From: Chiloscyllium plagiosum | Taxonomy: Eukaryota | Assembly (NCBI RefSeq): GCF_004010195.1 | Contig: NC_057718.1 | Coordinates: 57,241,023-57,305,022, forward strand | Length of the DNA stretch: 64,000 nucleotides | Reading direction: 5' to 3' | Part shown: in pieces, positions 12,086-24,280 of the stretch | Position numbering within the stretch: the stretch's first letter is position 1 | How the letters are laid out: each line of letters starts with the position of its first letter | Made by a program: the position numbers and the translations under genes | The notes under the pieces: model-generated | Seen by the model: only the letters and a program-made list of their open reading frames with translations | Databases searched by the model: none | Told to the model about the DNA's origin: nothing

Positions 12086-12849
12086 CAACATTTTTCATAG
12101 TAGTACATAATGGAAGGTATTCAAGTACCTTCCTCTGGGACAGCAGTTTGTTGAAGGAAATGTTAAACACAACCAAGCGAACGATGTATTGCTTCTGTGC
12201 CTCTAAATTACTGCTTGACAGGAACATATCACACAGCATCGAAGTGCACTGGGTCCGATAGCAAGTTTAGAAATATGATTTTTCCTGAGTCAAGCTTCAT
12301 ACTATTGCCCACTTTAGATTGCTGAATCTACAATATATTTGCAACTTGCTTGCAATGCAGGTCATATTCAGGATGCAGAGTAGCAGATGGAGTTTAATTT
12401 AGATAAATGTGAGGTGCTGCATTTTGGGAAAGCAAATCTTAGCAAGACTTATACACACTTAATGGTAAGGTGCTAGAGAGTGTTGCTGAACAAAGATACC
12501 TTGGAGTGCAGGTTCATAGTTACTTGATAGTAGAGATGCAGGAAGGATAGTGTAGGCGGTGTTTGGTAAGCTTTCCTTTAATGGCCAGAGTATTGAGTAC
12601 AGGAGTTGGGAGATCATGTTGCAGCTGTACAGGACATTGGTTAGGCCACTTTTGGAATACTGCACGCAATTCTGGTCTCCTTCCTATCGGAAGGATATTG
12701 TGAAACTTGAAAGAGTTCAGAAAAGATTTACAAAGATATTGCCAGGGTTGGAAGATTTGAGCTATAGGGAGAGGCTGAATTGGCTGGGGCTGTTTTCCCT
12801 GAGTGTCCGAGGCTGAGGGGGTGACCTCACAAAAGTTTATAAAATCATG

Positions 12850-13033
12850 GTCGGACCACTGCAGCGGACAGCTGGAACTGACAACCGGAAGCGGCAGATT
12901 CAAACCACTACAAATGCCGGAGGAAAGATCACAGAAGCGCTTCACAGGAGGCTCCCAAGCACTGAGGATGTCACCTTGACAGGGGACGAAACGTCTGCAA
13001 AACAAATTCCCAGCTCGGTGAACAGAACCACAA
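12850..13033 (+). mobile_element. Penelope-like element 3' end fragment nested in CR1
   Basis: Near-identical to the reverse complement of 42920-43100; replaces about 16 bp of CR1 sequence. Confidence 0.85.
12959..12998 (+). ncRNA. Minimal type-I hammerhead ribozyme motif, intact
   Basis: GCA-CTGAGGA-T-GTCACCT-TGAC-AGGGGAC-GAAA-C-GTC^TGC; stem I GCA/TGC, stem II 6 of 7 paired. Confidence 0.75.
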
Positions 13034-14464
13034 AAAATAGATAAAGTCTTTTCCCTGGGTTGGGGGAGTCGAGGACTAGAGGGCATAGGTTTAGGGTGAG
13101 AGGAACAAGATATAAAAGAGACACAAGGGACAACTTTTTTACGTAGAGGGTGGTACATGTATGGACTGAACTGCCAGAGGTAGTGGATGAGGCTGTACAA
13201 TTGCAACGCTTAAAAGGCATCTGGATGGGTATATGAATAGGAAGGGTTTGGAAGGATATGGGCCAGGTACTGACAAGTAGGAAAGGATTAGGTTGGAATA
13301 TCTGGTCAGCATGGACGAGTTGGGCCAAAGAGTCTGTTTCCACATTGTACATCTCTATGACTCTATGACTGTGTATGTGCCTTAAAGATGAGGTGACTTC
13401 AATCAAATGAATAGTTTGCTGCTTCTGTGAATTAGAACCTTTACATTTTCTCATTAGCATTTACAAATGAACTGTTGCCATTAACTATGTAAACTTACTG
13501 ACTAAATTTCCTGAGCAACATGAACTAGGATAAACATTCACAGGGGAAAATTTGAAATCCATGATTCCTAAAACAAATCATGCAAAAGCACCCAATATAG
13601 TAAATTATACTGATATTCTACACATTATACCAGGTATCTTTGGCCTCATAAGACTATCAGAAAGACCATAAAATAACTAATTGAGTATACTTATTTGTCA
13701 AAGAATGCAAGCATCCTATATATTTTTTAAAAATAGTGCATCTTTTCTGCAACATGCTAATAATGCATTTTCAAACATTTGAAATGCAACATGTAAATGC
13801 ACATTTTCATAAATTTTAAAAGTAATGAGTCTTTCAGGTATGTTTATGAAACAATTTACTCAAATTTAATAAATTGTTTTAATTAAATTATTCTTAATTT
13901 AATAAAAATCCCTACAATTGTTAGATTGGCACTGTGACAGCAAAAAGTAATAAAATCATTTAATGAAGAATATTTAACAGGCAATTCTAAAAAGGTAGCA
14001 CTATAGTACAACATCCCAAAACAATTACAGGTACTTAGGCTATAACACTTTGAGGTTAATTGGATTATGCACAACATTTTGTTAAATCTAAATCAAAAAC
14101 AGAGCTAAAATTTCAAATCACTGCTTAGATTTCAACATTCTGACTTGCTTTAAACAAGACAAACTATAAAGTAAACAATGCTCACAAAATCCCTCCAATA
14201 AAGTGCAGTGATTCTGAAAGATCAATGTAAAAAGTAGTTTTACACTGGAATGCAATGGGAAGTGCAGTGCTCAACTCAACTTTTACAATTCCTCCAAATA
14301 CTATTCATGAAACATTGCAATGAGTCTAGCCAAATAAGAACAGCAATGAGGATTCTTCTCTTTCAACTTTTTCCATTCCAGACCTGGCTACATGATGAGT
14401 TAGAATTGCATTTAAGCCTATTTAATTAGTCCTAGGACTAATTATAACAGTTACTGAGAAACTA

Positions 14465-14590
14465 ACATTAATTTTCATAAAAATCTATCTTGTTCACTAA
14501 TGTCCTTTAGGAAAGTAAACCTGTCATCCTCAGCTGGGCCGACCGATGTGACTCCAGACCCACAGGAATGTGGATGACTCAACTGACTGT
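14465..14590 (+). mobile_element. SINE-like repeat fragment (family also at about 27070-27230 and 28945-29100 minus, 57490-57760 plus)
   Basis: Shared GTTCACTAATGTCCTTTAGGAAAG...GTGACTCCAGACCCACA motif. Confidence 0.55.
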
Positions 14591-15208
14591 CAGTGACACC
14601 AGCAGGAAAAACAACAAAATCAAGCAGCTTAGGTAGAGGAATTTCTAACATCAGGCTTATAATTCAACTGAATAGTTACTACTTAACTGCTGTTCACAGC
14701 AGCGTCCGCAACAACTGGTGTGCAGAATCTCTCAATGCAACAGGTGCTTGAGAATCATTCTACTTTGGAAATGATAAAGTGCATTACCTAAATGATAACT
14801 ATTTTTTGTACGTCTGAAAACTATGATGTTACTGACCACTTGACAAATTCAACTGATGCCAAGAAACTCAAATTATTCAAGGTTAAATCACTTGAAAGAC
14901 GTTAGCAAGTGAAGTAGTGTGACACTAGTCAAAAGGACCAAAAGGTCAACACAAAGAGAAGCAACTGAGGTAGGCAGGGCACATTTTTTCATCTGGAAAC
15001 ACCCTTCCAGAGTGGCACTGAATGGACAGCACCAGATGCAACATGGTATGGCAGAAAAGACTGACCTGGGGAACTAAATTTAACGAGAATTTTCAAGCGT
15101 GGGATACCACCTGGGCTCAGTGAAAGAGATTGTGATGGACCAGGGCCAGTGCACATAGGTCCTCCAGTCACGTATAGCAGGAAGATAGGAAAGAGAGACA
15201 TGTTAAAA

Positions 15209-15377
15209 GTTTGAGAAGATTTGTAGCTTGGGTGCTCGTTGTTGTGGTTCTGTTCGCTGAGCTGGGAATTTGTGTTGTAGACGTGAGAAGATTTGTAGCT
15301 CGGGTGCTCGTTGTTGTGGAGGTGCTCGGGTGCTCGTTTGCAACACAAATTCCCAGCTTGGCGAACAGAACCACAAC
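15209..15377. mobile_element. Miniature rearranged PLE terminus with 15-bp target-site duplication
   Basis: AGAGACATGTTAAAA at 15194-15208 and 15378-15392; interior is tandem plus inverted copies of the PLE end seen at 42880-42955. Confidence 0.85.
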
Positions 15378-15904
15378 AGAGACATGTTAAAAATGCCATG
15401 TTCACCCAAACTAATTGAAAATCTTGGATTATCAAATTATTGCTTGAAAAAAAAGTTAAAATTATCAAACAGATAAATGCTGAATAGGTAGAGATTAAAA
15501 ATTTCTACCTTGTATTTAAATCACAAGCAGCAACAGTTGATCACAAAAATCACTCATTTCAAAACTAACATAGTTACATAGTTACCTGTATGGTAGGATG
15601 CAGGTGATATGTAGGTTCTAGCTTTTGTTACACTGAATGTTTGGTACAGCACATGTAAATCTGTTTGAGGGAGGAAAGTTGATGTAGTTCTGCATAGTTT
15701 AAAAGTTTAATGCTCATTTGTGGAAGGGTTCATGGTTGCAGGTATATCTTCTAAAGCGAAATGCAATGAATGTCAACATGTCAATGAGAGAAAAAGACCA
15801 AAATACATGTTAATTACACACTTCTATACAAAGTAACTCCATATTAAGACAGTAATTTAATTAACCCAAATGACAACTGAAAATCAACTCTGATTAGCAC
15901 GACA

Positions 15905-17560
15905 CATTTAGTTGCTGCTTTGGTTTATTTTTAAAACATTGTGCGTAATCCTATAAATAAAACTAAGCCCTAAAACAAACAATTCAATTGATCAATTGGT
16001 TGATTCTCAGTTTACAATTCAGCACCTTTAAAATTAAAGTTCTGACCTTTACCAGAAAATAGACACAACAGCATTCTGTTTATGGAATTACAGGGTCACA
16101 TTTTAATTCCTGAATCTTACATTGCTTCATTAATATCAACACGTATACAAACAGTGTAAAATAACAGTTACAGTGGTGGTTATTCATCCATACAAAATAA
16201 ACTTCTGTTTTATGGAAAAACTATACTTCATATCTACATGACAGACGGCCCATTTTTTCCAAAGAATATTTAAGTTGAGCTACAAAACCTCCAAAATACC
16301 AAGGGATGCAGATGACTTCAAAAAAAAAGCTTTAAAAAGTTTTGATTTCATTTTGTAACACACAGATTGCCAGTTGGCTATTTGGCTACAGCTGGTTTAA
16401 CAACCTGCGTTAACCACTGTATTAAAAATGAACCAGAACACCACACTGTGCAATAAAAGCATCTGGAACCTAACTTGAGCCTTCTACTGTGCTTAGATCT
16501 TAACTACTGCACAGAGATGACTGACTGACTGTCTGAGCAAAGGCAGACTAGTTAAGACTCATTTGTTGCAGCTGGTACAACTCCCCAGTGTTACTATCAG
16601 TCAGTTGTTAAAATTAGTGTTCCCTAAAAGAAACTTGCCTAACAGTTATAATGATATATTAACCTGCAACAAAATACCCCAAAAAAATATATAAATCAGA
16701 TTGGGATGATGTTGTTTTTGTTAAGTGGTACTTTTGGCCTGGGGAACTGCCACAACATATAACAGTAGATGAGATAAAAGCAACAGTCTTGCTCATAAAC
16801 CACTCTTGCTGCAGTCACCAGCATCAGCTTTTACACATAGACTATTTCACAAGCCTATCTGTAGTACAGCACATGACTGAGGTGCATATACTTCTGTGCT
16901 TTTCCAACCATTCACCATTTTGATTAGAAAATGCTTAACAGGCCCATTGGATGCTCAAAGATCCAGTGAACATGGTGGCAGTCTCATCATTATGGTCCCA
17001 GTAGTAGGTTGAATTCCTCTGCTTAGATTTTGACAGGTTTCCTTCTCTCCAATTTAAAACTTGGAATTGGAGGCAAACTAAACAAAAATGAGGATTAACA
17101 CATGGGACAGCACCTAATTCATTTCAGACTGAAAGGATTTTCAACTGATACTTCGCACGCCTATTCCAGTTTTTGTTTCCTGGCAAAGAATTCCCAAACA
17201 TCATTTTTGTGCAGTTCCTGCTCCCTTGCTCAAGCTTTCCCTAGCCCGCCCCAAATCTGAATCTCTTCCCCATTTGGGAAACTGTCAATCAGGTTCCCAT
17301 TCACTAACTGCTAGCCCTGCCAGCCTGATTGGCTGGTTTTCCTTTCCAAGTTTGTTCCAGAGAGGTCCAGTTCCCCAGTGGCATAGTGCTGCCACACAGA
17401 ACTCAAGCCCTCTAGTTGAAACATTGGCACACTGTTTGCTACTCCTTGCATTGCATCTTCTGTAATCACAGTGAAGCAGCCATTCCTGATTAAGACCCCA
17501 AGCTTAAGGAACAGATGCACCATTGTATCAGACCCCGAAGTCATCCATCACATGCGTCAA
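15905..17560 (-). other. PPP4R3B: Predicted PPP4R3B 3' UTR (about 1.65 kb)
   Basis: Follows the stop codon, no recognisable TE, ends at an AATAAA signal; end point is inferred. Confidence 0.6.
15924..15929 (-). terminator. Polyadenylation signal AATAAA
   Basis: Minus strand AATAAAccaaagcagcaactaaa followed by a GT/T-rich downstream element (tgtgtcgtg...gttgattttcagttgtc). Confidence 0.6.
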
Positions 17561-17656
17561 TTATGAGCCTAGACGAGGTCGTTTTCTTGGTGATGCTTCT
17601 TCTTCCTCCTCCTCTTCCTCATCATCAGGATAATCTACAAGTCCCACTAGACCTCC
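17561..17656 (-). CDS. PPP4R3B: PPP4R3B terminal coding exon, 96 bp to TAA
   Basis: GGLVGLVDYPDDEEEEEEEEASPRKRPRLGS*, the characteristic PP4R3B C-terminus; tttag acceptor. Confidence 0.96.
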   Translation of the reverse strand, partial: GGLVGLVDYPDDEEEEEEEEASPRKRPRLGS

Positions 17657-18092
17657 CTAAAGAAATTCAGGAAAAACAAAACTTTAAAGAAGCATGTAGC
17701 TTTCCTACTGAAAACATATTAAAACATCATTGGCAAGGACACAATTTGAAGTAGATCATTTACACACAATTTAAGTTGCAGTACAACTCTACAGCAACAT
17801 GTATAGCATTTTCACTACATTGCGCTAAACATTTGTTTGAAATAGTTCCACAAAATTAAAAGCAAAGTCAAAAAAAAAGTTAACAAAACAGTACTACCAA
17901 AATTAGCCTACTGGAGATTTTGTTCAAGTTTGATCAAGAGTTCAAATCCTTGCATCCAACTGTATGTAAAACAAGAATCTAAATTCATAGTCTAGAAATA
18001 ATTATCAGATTCCAAATTTATACTTGAAAAAAATTAAACACACTACATTAGACTGACTTGAAATAGACATTTGAACACAAGGTAACCCAAAC

Positions 18093-18298
18093 CTTTGCTG
18101 TCATTGCAGCAGATGAACTGGTATGCTTTGCAGAAGAACTAGTGGAACTGGCTGGAGCGGTCTGAGCTGCCGTTGATTTACTATTAGTGCCATTTGTTCC
18201 ATTTGCTGCACCAGATGCACAGGTATGTGAAAACGTAAATTTGAAGCTTGGACTTGAAGAACGTTTCGGAAGGTTTTCCTTGTCCTCACTTTCTTTAG
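18093..18298 (-). CDS. PPP4R3B: PPP4R3B coding exon, 206 bp
   Basis: AKESEDKENLPKRSSSPSFKFTFSHTCASGAANGTNGTNSKSTAAQTAPASSTSSSAKHTSSSAAMTAK; tttttag acceptor, gtttgg donor. Confidence 0.92.
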
Positions 18299-18651
18299 CT
18301 AAAAAGAAAACATTTAAGGGCTCAGATTACACCGAATTAAAGTGTTTATCTCAATTAAACAGTAATCTTAAGTTTTATACGTCAGCATCTATATAGATTG
18401 GCACTCCTCGGCTTTCTAGGTAAAATTTACATGGGTACATGCATAACATGCAGGCTGCATTCAGTGGCAGACTTTCCCAAAGAGAGTTTGGAATTAGATC
18501 TTTCAATAAGAACACAAACATAGGGCGTTTTAAAAAAAAATTAATACTCTGCACCAACTTTGTAATGTAGCTGGTACGATGTTCAAGTAGTGTGTTTGCA
18601 AAATCATAGCCCATGGAGTTCAATAGATTGTAGAAGGATACAAAATGAGAT

Positions 18652-18820
18652 ACAGAAATTGCTGGAAAGGCTTAACAGGTTTGGCAACTTCAGTGGAGAG
18701 AAATCAGAGTTAACATTTCAGGTCAAGTAACCCTTCCTCAGAACTCAACCTGAAATGTTAACTCTTGATTTCTCTCCCAAGATGCTGCCAAACCTGTTGA
18801 GCTTTTCCAGCAATTTCTGT
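18652..18820. mobile_element. Palindromic PLE-derived element (another family) with hammerhead motif at 18709-18744 minus
   Basis: Arms ACAGAAATTGCTGGAAAGGCT.../...AGCTTTTCCAGCAATTTCTGT; minus GTT-CTGAGGA-A-GGGT-TACTTG-ACCT-GAAA-T-GTT^AAC. Confidence 0.7.
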
Positions 18821-21381
18821 TTTTGCTTCTGCAAACCCAGCTTCTTCGGTTTTTACTTAAGATACAAAGTATATTGGATGTACGGTTTGTTTCTCAGACT
18901 CAGGTTAAGTGGACAGTGGTTTCCCCTAAAGATCAGTGTTATGATTACCACACTTTTTGACGTATTAATGATTTGCGCTTCAGTATACAAAATATAAAAT
19001 TTGATTATAACACTTGGAAATGTAATATATTTTTGAAAATAAAACTAAGAGGAGGTGGTCATTATACCCAGAGTCTTTTCCATCGTTTAATGTGATAATG
19101 GCTGATTGGACTGTGACCTCAACTTCCTTGTTAATCAAAAATCTAACTCCACTTTACAGCTCTGTGGGGAGAAGAATTTCCTCTTTGCCCTGGTCTTAAA
19201 CATCTGTCCAGCATCTACCCTATCAAGGTCCATCAGAATCTTGTGTTTTAATAATCTCATCTTTCAAGAACATGAACACCCAGATTCTTCTGCACAGGGA
19301 CATTTGGAAGTTTCTCTCCCATTTCAATAACATTCTGCTTTTCTGATGGTGAAACCCATCTTCCCACATTTGTAAATTTATGTGCCAACTCACTGAACTA
19401 TCTATTGCCCTGAAGACTGCCCTCCCACCTCTCTTTATATCAGCAGCAAATTTGGTTACAATATAGGCAAATCCCTTCACCCAAGACTGATAGTAAATAA
19501 TTGAGGACCCAATACAGATTCCTGCAGCAATCTGCTTGAGAGTTTGCTGACCTGAAATGACCCATTATAATGCAGTATCTGTAATTCAGATCCTGTCTCT
19601 GGGCCAGAAAGTCTGAGTTAAGTCCGGTTTACCCCAGAGGAGTGCCATTCCCTGTCTGAACAAGCTGATTAAAAATTATTCTAACTTTTCAGTTGGTTAA
19701 CCAACTCTTTTTCCATACTAATCTGTTATCATAACCACTGAGCACTTATCTTGTGCAAAGAGCTTTTATGAAACTGTATCGAATGACTTTGGTCAATCCA
19801 AATTCAAAACTACTACTTGGTTTCCCTTTATCAAATCTTATTTCTTCAAAGTCACCTAATAAACATAATGATATGATTTTCTAAATGTCCTGATACTCTC
19901 TCCTTCAATAATGGATTCTAGCATTTTCCCCAATGTCAGATGTTAGATTAATTGTCCTATGTCAATTACTGCAGTGCATCTCCCTCTCTTCTTGAATTCT
20001 GCTGTTTTTTTTAAGTTTCCAATCCAGAGAAGTCTTTACAGAATTTAAAGGCCTCCACCCAAAACAACTCCACATTTTTATCCTCTGAACTATCAATTCT
20101 CACTAAATTGATTTGGCTTTTACTAAAGGAGCCACCTCACCACTTCGATTTCCACCACTTTTATGATCTAAAATTTCAAATACCTTTGAATAGTCATGTG
20201 GGCAATAGTTGCTTTGTAACTTGTCTCTGTAATGCCTAATATATCATGCTCATTTACTTATGTGTTATTAATTCACCCATCTTGTTATACATGCCGTATG
20301 CATTCAAAATAACTTGCACTTTTTTTACAATTTTTCTCTAGATCACTATGTGGCCTTGTTTGCTGCTGCATGCTGTGTTTATGGTACATCATTCTCTGAT
20401 TATCTATTTTGGAATACTTCGCAAAATCTCCCTTGCTAACCCATTAGCAAGGGCACAAACTGAAGAATTCAGCAAATATTGACAATAAAATTTAATTGTA
20501 GATAAATTCTGTCAGTTACAAAAACAGCAGTAATCTAATGATTCACACAATCAATAATGCAAGAAATTCCATTTTTAATCTGCTTGCACAATTAAGTACC
20601 ATAGATTTTTGACATTTAAACAGTCGGGAGGCAATATTTCAATAACTTCAACTTATTCAAAATAATGCATTAATACTTACTCAGATTAAAGATTTTAAGG
20701 CAAGAAATACCAAAGACATGCTGTAACACCTTGTAAACAAAAAATATGATAGGAATGCATTTCTATCAAAAGGTTAGAATGACAGATTTTTACTTCAAAA
20801 TTTAAAATATATGATTTTGATTTTATTTTAAAACATGTTTTTTTAAAATTGCCACCAATGACTGAGCTTTCCCAATTATTTAACATTGCCAAAGGTTTGG
20901 GAGGGATATGGTTCAGGACCAGGCAGGTTGGACTGGTTTAGTTTGGAACTATGTTCGGCATGGACTGAAGGATCTGTTTCCGTGATGTATGACTCTATGA
21001 TTCTGTAAATTTGCAGAAAGTTATATGATAGAAGATTCAGTTTGGAAGCCAAGGACACTTCAACTATTTAATATCTAAAATTTCATGGACAATAATTCTC
21101 CATGTTGCTTTCTTGGTTTTATATTTCTAAGCATTTATGGACAGTGACAGGCTGACAGATATTCACAACCAAATGGAAATGTTCAAACACTAGCACATTA
21201 ACTGTATACTGCTAACAATGTGGAGGGTCCAAGACCAACGATTTGGAAACGGCAAGACAATCAAATGCACACAGAAGCAGCATGTGCAACAACCTTTTCT
21301 ATTGGTATTTAGCATTCAGATTTTAAAACTCAAGTACGGTATAACAAAAATGTATTGCTAAATTGCTGAAAATTACAGTAC

Positions 21382-21569
21382 CCTTTTTAGTTTCCAGAAA
21401 TTTTCCATAACTGTCTGGATAATCATCCTCTGATTTGGATTTCTCTACGTGCGGTACCAGAGCCTCTCCTTCTTCGTCGTCCTCATCCTCATTAAACCAC
21501 ATCTCTTCATCTTCCTCCAATGCACGTGCATCTCTCCGGTACCGATTATTACGTAATATGGATGGTACA
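21382..21569 (-). CDS. PPP4R3B: PPP4R3B coding exon, 188 bp
   Basis: [63 protein letters not shown]; ttcag acceptor, gtactg donor; phase 2-1. Confidence 0.94.
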
Positions 21570-23801
21570 CTGAATTGAAAAACATTATAAACCATTGGTC
21601 AGCAAGTTTTACAGGAAACAAAAAATTGTTATTTGGAATGCTGAATTTCTTTTCGACTTCCAAACTGAGGTAGATATATATTGTTTATAGACAGACATTT
21701 TACAGTCACATCAGCTAACCTGAGTTATGCAAATTGTCAAGCCCCAATTTTATTCTTCGTACAATCCTTTCATCATTTTCTCCTTCTCCTCTTCCCTCCT
21801 TGCTCCCTTCGCCAGAAGGTGCTGATCTCTACTGGTAGCTGGCTTGGCTTTGTGGATGGCTGCAGCCCTCTGACACATTGCCCAAGTCGTCATACTTCAT
21901 GCATGAACCTAAACAGTATGCGTTGGCAAACATTCTATTACAGGAGGCATCAGAGCCAAGTCTGATCCTTGGTTCACCTGATGTTGACAAACAAGCACTT
22001 TGCAGCTTAAATTCGTAAGTAGATTGAGAAGCAGAAACGCTTGCTGGTTTGACCTGAAAGCCAACTGAACCATTCCAAAGTTGATTCTGCTGAAATCAAT
22101 TGATAAATAGAACTGGAAATCGAATGTATAATTCATAATTTGCATGAAATACTACACAAGATTGCAATTTCATCCAGTAAAGAGAACACCAACACTGTCA
22201 AGTTTGTTTAAATATTTTATACAATTTTGCTGTCAATTATAACATCCGGTCAAAGACAAGTTTTCGTAAATACTGTATATATTAATACAGCATTATCTAA
22301 AGGAATGCAAACCAACACTTCCCATTTTCCTTAGAAAACTCCACAAACATAAGTGCATAGTGAAGTCCATTTCCCTACCGAGACTTTTATTATAAAATAC
22401 CTACACTGTTAAATTTCAGTACAGCACTGTCATGGACCAGTATCTGGCATGTTCACCCAAAAACAAACTCCCCAAAACAGAATAGTAAACACTAGAAGCG
22501 GTTACTTAAACATTTCCTCCACAAACTAAATATAAATGTGAAAAGAAATATAAAAAATTAATCTCAGCAGAGGTCTGTATTCAATCCTGATGAAAATACT
22601 TTCCCTCACCAAATAAGAACATTTTCAGTTAGAGAGAAAATTCTTCACCAAAGTGTTATCAATTGCCCTATGCTGATATAATTTAAAAAGCCTTACTAAT
22701 AAGTCACTGTAGCACATATTGCTAATTTATGGAACCAAATTGTAGGTAGTTCAAGGTGCTTAATTTTTAAAATATCGTCATTTGACAAGAACAAGGTATC
22801 AACTCCAACACCAATCCAAAATTGTGGAATACCAATCCAAAACATTAGCAAACACCGGAGCAAATCAACAGTGATAAGTTAAATAGTCCCAAGTTGTAAA
22901 TCGTAAGTGTTCATTGCAAGTCTGGACAATCAGTATGTGACATTAAAATCTCCGTCTTTTGGTATCAAATTAAAATATATTCAATCTGTGACATTTAAGT
23001 ACAACACATGAAACTCACAATATATGCAATAGCTGTGCATTCTCAGTATTTTCTCAATTAATTTCAACATATAACCTTCTCCCAGCTCCAACTGAGCTAT
23101 ATAGTTTTAAAAGTACAAACACTATATGCCTTGCCATTTAATCGTTGCCCTCTGCTGTCAAATTAAGGACTTCCTAGATCAGCAGGAACTGTGCTCTGAC
23201 TGAAATGAACAAATTTAAATTAGGAAGCATTCTGTTTTTGCATATTGTTACACAACAATGTTTTTATTCACTGGTTAGTAGGCACTTACCAATCAAACAT
23301 CAGGTTTATATAGATTTTATATAGATTTAGTTGGCAATTTGACAAAACACAAAATGCTTGCCATGCAGCCAGCAAGATCACTGACTGAGAATAGCATATT
23401 GAGAGTTGTGAGCTAGCAAATATTCTTTGACATAGATGCAGTAATCCAAACCATTCTTCTCCATACTACACCTGCAACTGGTCAGGTTTAAAACACCCTG
23501 AACAAATCTTTGCTCATGTTCTTATTCCTACCTTCAGCTCCTCTCCATTCCAAATGGGAACTCTGTTCTATTCTTCAAGTCAGATCACAGTCTGAGAATC
23601 TCAAAACTAATATTTGATTACATGCCTGGTGAGAATAAGTCTAATAATTTATAACATATACTGTTTGTATCATACAAGCCATATACTAGAGTATACACAA
23701 ATATTGAACTTGAACTTTTTTTTTTAAGATTCAACACTTTTAAGCAATGATCTGTGAAATAGAGTTGAACATGTATTAAGGAGCTTCAATTGATTCTCCT
23801 A

Positions 23802-24023
<222 letters not shown>

Positions 24024-24073
24024 TTAATGAGGAATTTCTATAAATATAAATTTTAAAACAAACTATTACACTA

Positions 24074-24280
<207 letters not shown>

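Larger units (their letters stand above)
12377..13370 (+). mobile_element. CR1 LINE 3' portion interrupted by a PLE fragment
   Basis: LYRTLVRPLLEYCTQFWSPSYRKDIVKLERVQKRFTK; CTCTATGACTCTATGA tail. Confidence 0.85.

Noticed and set aside
8300..15180. Exons of a neighbouring gene such as CFAP36
   Set aside because: No recognisable coding exon found by eye; small divergent exons cannot be excluded without tblastn.
14989..15468. 159-aa ORF with repeated HNNEHPSYKSS
   Set aside because: Reads through the tandemly duplicated PLE terminus; not a gene.
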